The position numbers and the translations under genes were made by a program. Source: an uncultured Fidelibacterota bacterium (GTDB lineage: Bacteria > Fidelibacterota > Marinisomatia > Marinisomatales > Marinisomataceae). Taken from it: 64,000 nt of DNA. The stretch is taken from NCBI GenBank assembly GCA_902575395.1, contig CACGRA010000001.1, positions 96,512-160,511 of the forward strand. Direction: 5' to 3'. Positions 54,208 through 64,000 of this stretch are shown one piece after another. Within the stretch, counting starts at the first letter, position 1; each line of letters opens with the position of its first letter. The notes beneath the pieces are model-generated. The model made no database searches. It had not been told where the DNA came from and saw only the letters and a program-made list of their open reading frames with translations.

Positions 54208-54942
54208 TTATCTTCTACTTCTTAATTTCATTAAAAGATTAAGAATTTCAATATAAAGCCATATAAGTGTAATCATCAGTCCAAATGCACCATACCACTC
54301 CATATATTTTGGTGCGCCTTGTTCGGCTCCATGTTCTATAAAATCAAAGTCTAATACTAAATTGAATGCTGCAATTCCTATTACAAACAGGGAAAATACG
54401 ATACCAATCGTGCCATTTCCAAATAATTGCCCCATAAATGAGACCTCAAATAGAGATAGAACAAAGCTTAACATATAAACGATAAAAATGCCAAATGTAG
54501 CTGAGAATATACCTAACCTAAAATTGTCAGTAACAGCAATCATTTTACTTTTATAGAGAATAAGAAGGGCAGCGAGAATACCAAATGTAATACATATTGC
54601 TTCGCTTGCGACTCCAGAATACCCTGGAATTGCATCAGCCCATGCTGAAATTGCTCCGAGAAGAGCTCCCTCTAATAAGCAATATAGTGGGACAGTAAAA
54701 GGAGCCATTTTTTTGTTAAATAGTGTTATAATTAACAAAATAAATGTTCCAATCATGATTGAGAAAAATAGTATAGGAGACAATGCTAGATTATTCCACG
54801 TATAAATTGCACTTGTCATAAGCAATAATAGACATAAAGATGTTTTATTGACTGTGCCATCAATTGTCATGGCTTGATCACCAGATACAGTTCCTGTATT
54901 TGAAAATGTATTTCTATTTAGAGCTGGATTACCTGATCTCAT
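54208..54942 (-). CDS. Bax inhibitor-1/YccA-family membrane protein
   Basis: 244 aa. N-terminus MRSGNPALNRNTF followed by 7 hydrophobic segments. The charged C-terminus LMKLRSRR is typical of BI-1/YccA. Confidence 0.8.
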   Translation of the reverse strand: MRSGNPALNRNTFSNTGTVSGDQAMTIDGTVNKTSLCLLLLMTSAIYTWNNLALSPILFFSIMIGTFILLIITLFNKKMAPFTVPLYCLLEGALLGAISAWADAIPGYSGVASEAICITFGILAALLILYKSKMIAVTDNFRLGIFSATFGIFIVYMLSFVLSLFEVSFMGQLFGNGTIGIVFSLFVIGIAAFNLVLDFDFIEHGAEQGAPKYMEWYGAFGLMITLIWLYIEILNLLMKLRSRR

Positions 54943-54944
54943 TT

Positions 54945-56375
54945 TTATTTTAATAATTTCAAAATTTGATCTTCGTTAACTCTAGTTTGTTTCATCGAGT
55001 CTCTTTCTCTAATAGTCACTGTGTTATCTTCCAGTGTTTGATGGTCAATAGTAATACCAAAAGGAGTACCTGCTTCATCTTGACGATAATAACGTTTTCC
55101 AATAGAACCTTGTTCGTCGTAAATACACGAATATTTCTTATTTAATTCTTCAAAAATCTTGGCTGCTCTTTCTGGTAGTCCATCTTTTTTAACTAAAGGA
55201 CAGATTACAGCTTTGTTTGGAGCCAATTCAAAAGGGAGTTTCAATACTACCCTCTCATTTTCTGTATCTTCAAAGTATGCATCACATAGAACCATAAGAA
55301 ATATTCTATTTAATCCACAAGAAGTTTCAATAATATATGGATGATATTTCTCGTTTTCAGTTGCATCAAAATATGTCATATTTTTCCCAGATAATTTTTC
55401 ATGTTGTGTAAGATCGAAATCAGTTCTGTTGTGAATTCCTTCAATTTCTCCCCAGCCAAATGGGAATTGATATTGAATATCATATGCGTCTTTTGCATAA
55501 TGAGCTAATTCTGATTCTCCATGTTGATGAAATTGAAGGTTAGATTTGTCAATTCCGAGTCTATCTATATAAAAATTAAATCGTTTTTCTTTCCACTCTT
55601 TAACATGTTTTGCATCTTCCTTAGGATTAACAAAATATTGCATCTCCATTTGTTCAAACTCTCTTGTTCTAAAAATAAAATTTCTAGCTACTATTTCGTT
55701 ACGAAAGGCTTTTCCAATTTGTGCAATACCAAATGGCACTTTAAGCCTCATGCTATTTTGGATAAGAAGGTAATTAATAAATATTCCTTGAGCCGTTTCT
55801 GGACGTAAATAAATTTCTTTACCACTTTTTTCAGAAGGGCCAGCGTCAGTTTTAAACATTAGATTAAATTGTGTTGGAGTTGTCCATTTCCCAATTGATC
55901 CTGAGTGAGGATCTATTACTCCCGCTTTTTCTAATAATCCATCTCCATCTTTTCCTTTTTCAAGTAGCATATGAGCTAGAGATTCAAAAATAGTATCATC
56001 ATTACTGTGTTTTACATTTAAAGTTTCACATAATGTATTAATCACTTTGTCTTTTTGCTGCGATAAAAGATCATCCACGCGATATCTTTTTTTACTATCT
56101 TTATTATCTGTCATTGGATCATTAAAATTATCTACGTGTCCACTTGCTTTCCAAACATCAGGATGGACCATAATAGAGCTATCTATTCCAACAATATTTT
56201 GATGTCTTTGGGTCATTTCTTTCCACCACAAATCTGAGATAGATTTCTTTAATGCTACTCCCATTGGGCCATAATCATAAGATGCTTTTAAGCCTCCATA
56301 GATTTCAGAATTTGGGAATACGAAACCTCTTCTTTTGCATAAGGATATAATTTTATCTAGGTGTTTTTCGCTCAT
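54945..56375 (-). CDS. glyQS: Glycyl-tRNA synthetase (dimeric alpha2 type)
   Basis: 476 aa. KRRGFVFPNSEIYGG, YLRPETAQGIF, FRNEI..RNFIFRTREFEQME and a C-terminal anticodon-binding domain. Confidence 0.9.
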   Translation of the reverse strand: MSEKHLDKIISLCKRRGFVFPNSEIYGGLKASYDYGPMGVALKKSISDLWWKEMTQRHQNIVGIDSSIMVHPDVWKASGHVDNFNDPMTDNKDSKKRYRVDDLLSQQKDKVINTLCETLNVKHSNDDTIFESLAHMLLEKGKDGDGLLEKAGVIDPHSGSIGKWTTPTQFNLMFKTDAGPSEKSGKEIYLRPETAQGIFINYLLIQNSMRLKVPFGIAQIGKAFRNEIVARNFIFRTREFEQMEMQYFVNPKEDAKHVKEWKEKRFNFYIDRLGIDKSNLQFHQHGESELAHYAKDAYDIQYQFPFGWGEIEGIHNRTDFDLTQHEKLSGKNMTYFDATENEKYHPYIIETSCGLNRIFLMVLCDAYFEDTENERVVLKLPFELAPNKAVICPLVKKDGLPERAAKIFEELNKKYSCIYDEQGSIGKRYYRQDEAGTPFGITIDHQTLEDNTVTIRERDSMKQTRVNEDQILKLLK

Positions 56376-56384
56376 TAGAACAAT

Positions 56385-56735
56385 TTACTTGAAAAAATAC
56401 TTGTATAATATTGTTATACCAAATAATCCAAAAATAATTGGAATAATCCACATTAATAAGTTAAATCCAGTTGCAGGCGGATCTGCAAGAATGATAACCC
56501 CATATTTTTCTACATAATAATCTTTAATTTCTTTGTCTGTCATTCCTTTGATGACCATTTTTTTTATTTCTTCTCTCATATCAATTGCGACTTTTGATTG
56601 AGATTGTTCTAGCGTTAATCCTTCACAGATTGGGCACATTAGTTGACGATTAAGCGTATATAGTCTTTCGTCTATAGAAGTTTGATAACCAAAAAGGATA
56701 CTAATTATGGGAATAAGTAATAATGTTTGCTTCAC
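56385..56735 (-). CDS. ccmH: Cytochrome c-type biogenesis protein CcmH
   Basis: 116 aa with a signal peptide, the CxxC motif LMCPICEGLTLEQSQS and a C-terminal TM. Confidence 0.75.
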   Translation of the reverse strand: MKQTLLLIPIISILFGYQTSIDERLYTLNRQLMCPICEGLTLEQSQSKVAIDMREEIKKMVIKGMTDKEIKDYYVEKYGVIILADPPATGFNLLMWIIPIIFGLFGITILYKYFFK

Positions 56736-59167
56736 TATTTTTTTTCTGATAACAATTTAAGACATTCTTCTAATTGTATATTATCTAAATCATAGCCTTT
56801 TAATGATACATTTTTTTTGCCATCTGTAACATAAGGTCCAAATCTTCCAATTTTTATTAAAATTTCTTTATTAGTTTCTGGATCTGTGCCAACAACCCGA
56901 GGTTCAAACTTTGCTTTTCTATTTTTAATTAATTCTATCGCTTCTTCTAAGGTGATAGATAACGGATTATCGTTTGCTTTCATTGATGCATTTGTTTTTC
57001 CACACTTTACATATGGTCCATATCGTCCAAAATCAACAAAGATATCCTCATTAGTTTCAGGGTGTTGCCCTAGTTTTTTTGGCAATCCAAGTAAATCATT
57101 TGCGATTTCTTCAGTAACATTTTCTATCCCAATGCTTTTCGGAATTGATTTTCTAATTTTTGAAGATTCTAACTCTATATAAGGTCCATATCGACCTACT
57201 TTTAATAATATATTTTCTCCCTCAGCATTTTTGCCAATCACATTATCTTTTTCTTGAAATTCAATAAGATCATGCACGGTTTTTTTGTTTAAATCTCCTA
57301 AAAATAAATCTTCAGGGATAGAAATATTATTCCCATCCTTTTCAATAAATGGTCCATATTGTCCTATTCTAATTTCCATTCCATCTGCAATAGATACTCC
57401 ACATGCTTTTTTAATATCTATTTCTGCTTCTAATAATTTTTCTACTCCCTCATATTCTCCAGAACCATAATAAAATGATTTTAATACGTCTAGATAGCTT
57501 TCATCTGATGAAGCAATTGAATCTAGCCGTCTCTCCATTGCTGCTGTGAACTGTTCATTAAAAAGATCTAAATAATGATTTTCTAATAATTGAGTTACTG
57601 CAATCCCAATAAATGTTGGAATAAGTGTTTTATTTTTTTTAATAACATATTCTTTTTTAACAAGACGATCTAATATAGATGAATATGTTGAAGGACGACC
57701 AATCCCTCTTGCTTCCATTTCTTTTACTAGCATTGCCTCGGATAGTCTTCTAGGTGGTGTAGTGCTTTTTTCTTCTGAGCTTATTTCTTTGTGCTTGATA
57801 ATAGATTCATCTGTTAGTTGAGGAAGTAAATTAGCAGTAGATTTTTGATTTCTCCCTAATGCTTGCTCATATGCTGCAGTATACCCTTTAAATTTTGTCA
57901 CGTTACCGCTTGCTTTATATATTGACTTTCCATTCTCAATAGTAACATTTGTTCTAATATATTCAGCAGGTTTCATTTGTGATGCCAAAGTACGATTGAG
58001 AATTAAATCATATAATTGTAATTCATCTTTTCCTAACCCTGACATTTCATTTGTTTGTTTGAAATTACGTCCTGCAGGCCTAATCGCTTCGTGTGCTTCT
58101 TGTGCGTTTGCCACTTTTGTTTTATATACATTAGCTGATTCAGGTAGAAATTCTTTGCCAAATTTATTTTCAACAAAATCTTTTGTAGCAGCTAATGCTT
58201 CTGTTGATAAATGAGTAGAATCAGTCCTCATATATGTTATAAATCCTTGTTCATATAATTTTTGTGCAATAACCATAGTTCTTTTTGGTGAATAACCAAA
58301 TCTTCTTGAAGCATCCTGTTGAAGAGTGCTTGTAGTAAATGGTGGTGGAGCAGAGCTTGAAGTTGGTTTAGATTCAATATTTGAAATATTCCAACTATTT
58401 TCTTTGCTTGCTTTTGCAATTTCTTCTGCTTTTTTCTTATCTATTAAAAGCAAATCTTTATTTTTTAAACCGCTATCAAACTTTCCAAAATCTTCATTAG
58501 TGGCAACGGATTTTTCATCATAGCTAACTAGCTTCGCTTTGAATTCTTGCTTATCTTTTTCTTCATAAAGCGTTGCTTCGATAGCAAAAAATTTATTTTC
58601 AACAAAGCGATTACGTTCTTTTTCTCTCTCTACAAGCATTTTTAATGCAACTGATTGCACTCTGCCAGCAGATAAACCTTTTTTGTTAAGATTTCTTAAG
58701 GTTTGCCACAATACAGGAGAAAATTTAAATCCTACCAATCTATCTATTGCACGCCTTGCTTTTTGTGCATCAACTAACGCATAATTAATTGTTCTGCTAT
58801 TTGTTATTGCATCTGTAACAGCATTTTTTGTTATTTCTGTAAATTCTACACGCTCAATTTCTTTATCTATTTCTTCTGCAATATGTGCTGCAATTGCTTC
58901 TCCTTCTCTGTCTGGATCTGTTGCAATTAAAATGCGATCAGCGTTTTTAGTTTCATTTTTTAATTCAGTAATAAATTTTTTTCGATCACCTAACGTTTGA
59001 ACATTCATTTCAAAATCTTTTTCGATATCAATCCCTAATTCTTTTTTAGGTAAATCTTTGAAATGACCAATGCTAGCTATGACTTTTGCATTATCTATAT
59101 ATTTGCTAATTGTTTTTGTCTTAGATGGTGACTCAACAATTATTAGTAGTTTTTCTTGATTTGCCAT
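56735..59167 (-). CDS. topA: DNA topoisomerase I with four C-terminal Topo_C_Rpt-type repeats (no zinc ribbons)
   Basis: 810 aa. TOPRIM LIIVESPSKTKTI and DPDREGE. Active-site region GFITYMRTDS. The C-terminus has the repeats IGQYGPFIEK, VGRYGPYIEL, FGRYGPYVKC and IGRFGPYVTD. Confidence 0.95.
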   Translation of the reverse strand: MANQEKLLIIVESPSKTKTISKYIDNAKVIASIGHFKDLPKKELGIDIEKDFEMNVQTLGDRKKFITELKNETKNADRILIATDPDREGEAIAAHIAEEIDKEIERVEFTEITKNAVTDAITNSRTINYALVDAQKARRAIDRLVGFKFSPVLWQTLRNLNKKGLSAGRVQSVALKMLVEREKERNRFVENKFFAIEATLYEEKDKQEFKAKLVSYDEKSVATNEDFGKFDSGLKNKDLLLIDKKKAEEIAKASKENSWNISNIESKPTSSSAPPPFTTSTLQQDASRRFGYSPKRTMVIAQKLYEQGFITYMRTDSTHLSTEALAATKDFVENKFGKEFLPESANVYKTKVANAQEAHEAIRPAGRNFKQTNEMSGLGKDELQLYDLILNRTLASQMKPAEYIRTNVTIENGKSIYKASGNVTKFKGYTAAYEQALGRNQKSTANLLPQLTDESIIKHKEISSEEKSTTPPRRLSEAMLVKEMEARGIGRPSTYSSILDRLVKKEYVIKKNKTLIPTFIGIAVTQLLENHYLDLFNEQFTAAMERRLDSIASSDESYLDVLKSFYYGSGEYEGVEKLLEAEIDIKKACGVSIADGMEIRIGQYGPFIEKDGNNISIPEDLFLGDLNKKTVHDLIEFQEKDNVIGKNAEGENILLKVGRYGPYIELESSKIRKSIPKSIGIENVTEEIANDLLGLPKKLGQHPETNEDIFVDFGRYGPYVKCGKTNASMKANDNPLSITLEEAIELIKNRKAKFEPRVVGTDPETNKEILIKIGRFGPYVTDGKKNVSLKGYDLDNIQLEECLKLLSEKK

Positions 59168-59239
59168 TTTAGGTGTCCAACTTACACTCTTTGTATAATA
59201 ATTGTCAAAAATTTATATATATAATTATATATATATAAA

Positions 59240-60469
59240 TTATTGGTTCTTCAAAAAAGGAAGAATTTCGCTTTCTGAAACATTTGTTTCTTTTTTAGAT
59301 ATTAGATTTTTAACACTTATTTCTTGATTAATAGTAATCATAAATTTTGCATTGTTTTTAACAGCATCTTTAATTTGATTTTTTATATTTTTCTTATTTG
59401 TATCAAAGAATATTTTGTATTCATTTTCAACAAGATTCTGAATAATATTCAATCCTTTTGATGTATATTTTTCATCATTGCAACTGATATAAATATCAAT
59501 ATTTTTTTTACCTAATTCTTGTTTTGCCTCTAAAATAATTCTTTCAATCCCCGCAGCAAAGCCAACCGCAGGAGTTTCTGGCCCTCCCATTTTTTCAACT
59601 AAAGAATCATATCTTCCTCCGCCACAGAGTGCATTTTGAGAACCTGTGCTTTGTGTGGTAATTTCAAATGTTGTGCCATTATAATAATCCAGCCCACGAA
59701 CAAGATATGGATTTTCATTATAATTAATTCCAAGTCCCTTTAAGTGCGTTAATACTGAACTAAAGTGCTCTTTTTCTTCTGTTGATAAGAGATCTTTAAT
59801 CATTGGTGCATTTTTAATAATTGTTTGATCTTCTTTTTCTTTGCTATCTAAAATTCGCATTGGATTTTTTTCAAGTCTTGCTTTAGAGAGTTCTGATAAA
59901 CTATTTTTATGATCATTAAAATAGTTTCTAAGTTTTGATTCATATTTAATCCTTGTATCTGAATCTCCAATATTATTAATGCTTAGATTTGTATTATCAA
60001 TATTTAGCTTTTTTAAAATTTGTGTTGCAATGAGTATTATCTCTGCATCTTGTTCACTGTTTTTTGTGCCAAATGCTTCCACACCAAATTGATTAAATTG
60101 TCTTTGCCTTCCTTTTTGAGGTTTTTCTCTTCTAAAAAATGAATCGATATAATACATTTTACATAATGGATATTTTCTAAAAAATCCTGATTCTATATAT
60201 GCTCTTACAACAGGAGCGGTCATTTCTGGTTTTAAAGATATTTCTTTTCCTGATTGGTCTTTCCAAACAAACATTTCTTTAGACACATCAGTTCCATCTC
60301 CAATATTTCGCTTAAATAAATCAACTGATTCAATTGCAGGAGTTCGAATTTCTTGAAAACTAAACTGTTGGCATATGTGATGAATAGTAGATTCAATATG
60401 TTGCCAAACTTCAGTCTCAGGAGGAAGAATATCAAATGTGCCTTTTATTTTTTGGTATTTAGACTTCAC
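59240..60469 (-). CDS. hisS: Histidyl-tRNA synthetase
   Basis: 409 aa. KGTFDILP, class II motifs LKPEMTAPVVR and FRREKPQKGRQRQFNQFGVE, and GGGRYD. Confidence 0.9.
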   Translation of the reverse strand: MKSKYQKIKGTFDILPPETEVWQHIESTIHHICQQFSFQEIRTPAIESVDLFKRNIGDGTDVSKEMFVWKDQSGKEISLKPEMTAPVVRAYIESGFFRKYPLCKMYYIDSFFRREKPQKGRQRQFNQFGVEAFGTKNSEQDAEIILIATQILKKLNIDNTNLSINNIGDSDTRIKYESKLRNYFNDHKNSLSELSKARLEKNPMRILDSKEKEDQTIIKNAPMIKDLLSTEEKEHFSSVLTHLKGLGINYNENPYLVRGLDYYNGTTFEITTQSTGSQNALCGGGRYDSLVEKMGGPETPAVGFAAGIERIILEAKQELGKKNIDIYISCNDEKYTSKGLNIIQNLVENEYKIFFDTNKKNIKNQIKDAVKNNAKFMITINQEISVKNLISKKETNVSESEILPFLKNQ

Positions 60470-60504
60470 AAAACAACATTAATAATTTTTTTAAGCAATA
60501 ACAC

Positions 60505-63500
60505 CTAAAAATTTGATCGATTGCTATATAAGCCTTGTCTTCGTTCAACTTTTAAATCTTTAAGTATATCCGATTTTAAATTTAGCCTAAAGTATAGACC
60601 TTTTGCATATCCATTTGGTGTCCAATCTACAAAAAATTCCCAACAATCAATTTCTCTATAAAGAGTAACATTGTGTCTAATAATAGATTTATCTCTTGCA
60701 TTAAAGCGTGCATTATAATTTAGTTTCCAATTTTGCGTTATGTTAATAGATGTATTTGTATTGATCCAAAAATTCTTAATAGTGTTTGATGGATCAAACT
60801 TGTTAATAGTATAACTCACCCCAATTCTTGAATTCCAATTTGTCGTTGATAAGTCATTAATAAATTTTTTTGTACTATCACTAAATTCTTTTCCTTCGTC
60901 ACCTTCATTGTTTGATTTTCTATTGAGATTAAAATTAGTTGCTAATCGAGCAGAAACCATTCTAGGAGAACTATCAAGTTCATTAATTCTTGTATTATTT
61001 TCTTTGTCAAACTTATACGGATCATGTGTAAAATTAATATCAACTGATACTCCATTTTTTATTTGACTACGTAATGAAGTATTGATTTTACCTAATTTAA
61101 ATTCATCAGCATTAAAATTATATCCAGTAGAAACACGCCAGTTTAGAAAATTTATCTTTTCTTCTTTTTGGTCATCTTTTTGCACTTTTGCTTGAAAAAC
61201 ATTATTTAATGATAAACTTACTTGTTTGCTGGATGTAATTGGTGTAGAGCCAATTAATGATCCCTGAAAGTAATCATATAATTCATCCCCAATTTCTTGG
61301 AAATAATCGCGGTTATTTTGATAATCAGGTGAATAATTAAAACCGATAGTTGGCGTTAAAACATGTCGCACTGATTCTATATCTCCAAATTTAATTGGTA
61401 GAATCCCATATATTTTTGTTGATAAAGAAAGTCCAAAATTCCCAGTCGTTCTATTTCTCATTTTGTCTTTGTAGGTGAAGGCAATTTCATTTGATTCATT
61501 TAATTCTGCTATTCTGTAACGATTTACAAAGTCTGAATTAATATTAATCCTTGGATTAATTGCTATATATTGAAAAATTGTGAATGGAGCATTAATACTA
61601 AAATTATTTTTTAACATTCCATCTATTTTTTGCAACTGTTTAACATCTCCGTTACTATTTTCTCTCCATCTGTATTCAATCATTCCATCACTATTAATAA
61701 TTTCCTCTGATTCATAGTAGCTTTTCCTATTGTTTAATAATCTTGAACTATAATTCCATTGGATGTTTCCAAGCCATGAATCTTGAGAGAAATTTTTAAA
61801 TAATTTTCTTCTAGAAACGTTCATATTCAGAGATGGAAGAGTGCTCGTATTTTCTGTAATAGTGCTATTGCTATTAGAAGGATTTTGGTAAAAAGAAGAG
61901 TTTGAATCTATTTTACTTGATGCCATCAAATCCTGTTTATTTGATACATTAGCACTGATTGATATATTAGATTTTTTCCATCTTTTAGTATAGGTAATAT
62001 TAGATATTGCTTGTTGGTTCAATCGTTTAACTGGATCAATGCTAGTCTGTCTATTATATTGACCATTACTATAATAGCTTGCGTTTGCTCTGAAAGTTTG
62101 ATTGTTTCTTAAAATTTGATTGTGGTTCCAGTTAAAGACATAGTCTGTTTGATTATTTTCATTAATTTTTGCTATATCTTGTTCATTGCTAGATAGAAAT
62201 CTCCTTGTTTCAATATTTAATGCCCCACTAAATTTATATCTCTTTTTATAGTTATTTTTTGCTTTGATAATCAGCCCTTGACGATCTGCAAAACCAAGCA
62301 AGATTTCTGATCCAAAATAATCATTTGGAGCAAAATAATATCCTAGCCCATCCATATAGGTTCCACGATTGTCAGATGAACCAAAGGATGGCATAATCCA
62401 TCCTGATCTTCTTTCTTTTGATGAATGAGGAAATATTGCTAATGGAACCCCAATAATAGGCACGCCTCCAATATATACATTAAGAGGCTTTGCGATTACC
62501 TTATCTCCATAAATAATTTTTACTTTTTTACTACCAAGATAAAATTTAGAAGGATCACATGACGTAAAAATACAGTCATCAATGTAGAAGGTGCTATCAG
62601 TAATGCTTGTAATTTGTTTACCCATGTACATGTTTTCTTGCACTTGACTTTCCCCTCTTAATATCTTTCCTTTTTTTGTATTAAGATTGTAAATCATTTC
62701 GTCCCCTACCATTGGCTCACGATTTCCTTCAACAAGTATAGGTCTATTATTTTCTTCCTGATTTAATGGATTATTAGTGAAAGCTTCTAATATATTAGTT
62801 TCCCAATTAACATTAACATGAGATGCAGATAAATCAATATCTTCATGTAAAATTTTTGATGATCCGTATAATTTTGATATTTGTGTATCCATTTCAAACT
62901 CAATTACATCCGCTGAATAGTTAATAGGTTCAGTAATGTTGCTGTTAGATTTATTTGGAACATATTTCCCAATTGTTCCTCCACTTGCCACCAGCTTATT
63001 AGCAGAGTCATTTTCAATTTTAATTGATATAGAATCTCCAGATACTGCATTATTCCCCTGATAAAGTGAATCATCATATAAATGAATAAATGTTGATGCC
63101 ATCCCATTAAGATATAATTGATTTATTTCATTATCTTTTATTTCACCAAAAATGTGCTTTGCTTGTAATAAATTTTCATTTTCTATTTTTACCAAATCTT
63201 GAGTGTTTTCATCTTTCTTTTCATACCCAGTATTGGTTGTAAAAACTTTCCCTTTTGATAAGACTTCAAAATTGATTAGTTCGTTATTTTTAAAATATAA
63301 AATAATTTTATCACCATAAATCTTATGTTTGTTATCCTCATTAATTTCACAATCATTAATCAAAACAATTTGTTCATTTTTATCATCTATCTGAGCCTCT
63401 TGTGATTGCATACTTCGTTGATCGCTATCAATTCTGACATTCCCATACATTGAAAATGCTTCTGTATTCTTATTATAGATTAGTGAATCACAATAGATTG

Positions 63501-63744
63501 TTTGATTCTCTTGAGTAACAACAACATTATCGTTTAGTTTTACTAATGGAGACTTGTCATATTGAGTTGCAAAATTACTTTTTAAAACAGAATCACTTTT
63601 TTTAAAAATAATATTACCAGATAATTTTGTCACTGTTTCTTCATTCACAACAGAAGCTTGCAATAGATCAGCTTGCTGAAGAATCAGTTTTTCTTGTGCT
63701 ATACCTATTGATATAAAAAGCACTAAAACAAAAAATTTTTTCAT
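60505..63744 (-). CDS. lptD: LPS-assembly protein LptD-like (OstA N-domain plus very large beta-barrel)
   Basis: Start set at ATG 63744 (MKKFFVLVLFISIGIAQE). OstA-like repeats (LSGNIIFKKSDSVLKSNFATQYDK...LNDNVVVTQENQTIYCDSLIYN). The remainder is Asn/Ser/Tyr-rich with a beta-strand pattern ending ...GLYSNRSNF. Confidence 0.6.
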   Translation of the reverse strand: MKKFFVLVLFISIGIAQEKLILQQADLLQASVVNEETVTKLSGNIIFKKSDSVLKSNFATQYDKSPLVKLNDNVVVTQENQTIYCDSLIYNKNTEAFSMYGNVRIDSDQRSMQSQEAQIDDKNEQIVLINDCEINEDNKHKIYGDKIILYFKNNELINFEVLSKGKVFTTNTGYEKKDENTQDLVKIENENLLQAKHIFGEIKDNEINQLYLNGMASTFIHLYDDSLYQGNNAVSGDSISIKIENDSANKLVASGGTIGKYVPNKSNSNITEPINYSADVIEFEMDTQISKLYGSSKILHEDIDLSASHVNVNWETNILEAFTNNPLNQEENNRPILVEGNREPMVGDEMIYNLNTKKGKILRGESQVQENMYMGKQITSITDSTFYIDDCIFTSCDPSKFYLGSKKVKIIYGDKVIAKPLNVYIGGVPIIGVPLAIFPHSSKERRSGWIMPSFGSSDNRGTYMDGLGYYFAPNDYFGSEILLGFADRQGLIIKAKNNYKKRYKFSGALNIETRRFLSSNEQDIAKINENNQTDYVFNWNHNQILRNNQTFRANASYYSNGQYNRQTSIDPVKRLNQQAISNITYTKRWKKSNISISANVSNKQDLMASSKIDSNSSFYQNPSNSNSTITENTSTLPSLNMNVSRRKLFKNFSQDSWLGNIQWNYSSRLLNNRKSYYESEEIINSDGMIEYRWRENSNGDVKQLQKIDGMLKNNFSINAPFTIFQYIAINPRININSDFVNRYRIAELNESNEIAFTYKDKMRNRTTGNFGLSLSTKIYGILPIKFGDIESVRHVLTPTIGFNYSPDYQNNRDYFQEIGDELYDYFQGSLIGSTPITSSKQVSLSLNNVFQAKVQKDDQKEEKINFLNWRVSTGYNFNADEFKLGKINTSLRSQIKNGVSVDINFTHDPYKFDKENNTRINELDSSPRMVSARLATNFNLNRKSNNEGDEGKEFSDSTKKFINDLSTTNWNSRIGVSYTINKFDPSNTIKNFWINTNTSINITQNWKLNYNARFNARDKSIIRHNVTLYREIDCWEFFVDWTPNGYAKGLYFRLNLKSDILKDLKVERRQGLYSNRSNF

Positions 63745-63820
63745 CACATTATATTTAACAAATTTTGTGGATTTTTGTTTCATCTTTGTAAAGTAGAAAT
63801 GTAATGTATAAATTGCTTTA

Positions 63821-64000
63821 ATGTTAGAAAATCTATTAGATAGCATTTTAAGCAATCCTGCTTATTTAGCCGTGGCGATTGCTTTGGGGGCAATGATTGT
63901 CTATAGCGTTATACAACGTTTATTCAAGTTGGTTGTTCTTGCAATTACGCTTTTTATTATTTATTGCACCTATCTTGTTTTAACTGATCAACCATTACCA
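63821..64000 (+). CDS. 5' part of a small or unknown membrane protein (runs off the window)
   Basis: ATG at 63821 opens a frame with no stop to nt 64000 (MLENLLDSILSNPAYLAVAIALGAMIVYSVIQRLFKLVVLAITLFIIY...). Two hydrophobic helices. Divergent from lptD. Confidence 0.35.
   Translation, partial: MLENLLDSILSNPAYLAVAIALGAMIVYSVIQRLFKLVVLAITLFIIYCTYLVLTDQPLP

Noticed and set aside
63745-63855. 37-codon N-terminal extension of the LptD-like ORF. The same issue applies to the 8-codon extension of the TonB receptor (54057-54080) and the 6-codon extension of the GDPD gene (40929-40946).
   Set aside because: In each case an internal Met starts a textbook signal or lipoprotein peptide. The extension has no such feature or overlaps a neighbour.

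Overview
The window is AT-rich and very gene-dense. Most intergenic gaps are under 60 bp, and there are many ATGA-type start/stop overlaps. It looks like a chromosomal segment from a streamlined Gram-negative bacterium. Four features suggest the FCB superphylum, possibly a marine Marinimicrobia/SAR406-like lineage: a type IX secretion (T9SS) C-terminal sorting domain, a PorV/PorQ-like barrel, a TonB-dependent receptor with a CarboxypepD_reg-type N-terminus, and a very large LptD-like protein. This taxonomic placement is inference only. I support about 56 CDS, one tRNA-Lys(UUU), one tmRNA (ssrA) and a handful of GC-rich intrinsic terminators. The content is mostly core housekeeping: mgtE, proS, recO, eno, folC, rho, aspartate aminotransferase, rpmE2, prfA, prmC, dnaE, ligA, carAB, gcvP, argS, rsfS, mnmA, ggt, glyQS, ccmH, topA, hisS and lptD. 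I saw no transposase, integrase, CRISPR array, restriction-modification or recognisable defence genes, and no rRNA. Five things are worth a second look. (1) At the left edge, a cassette of an OM barrel, a 1081-aa T9SS cargo of unknown function and a PorV-like barrel. (2) Two tandem paralogous ~70-aa hydrophobic proteins, each with a strong SD and its own GC-rich hairpin, preceded by a terminator-like leader hairpin. (3) The tRNA-Lys/tmRNA neighbourhood, where both stable RNA genes abut protein genes with no terminator, the tmRNA tag ends in ATA, and an orphan + strand terminator hints at an sRNA. (4) An ssrA-adjacent accessory trio: an unknown lipoprotein, a glycerophosphodiesterase and a Tat-signal amine oxidase. 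(5) An exported N-formylglutamate amidohydrolase-like protein, GGT and a TonB receptor, which may form a gamma-glutamyl scavenging locus. None of these is proven novel from sequence alone. I found no clear multi-gene undescribed system of defence or mobile type.
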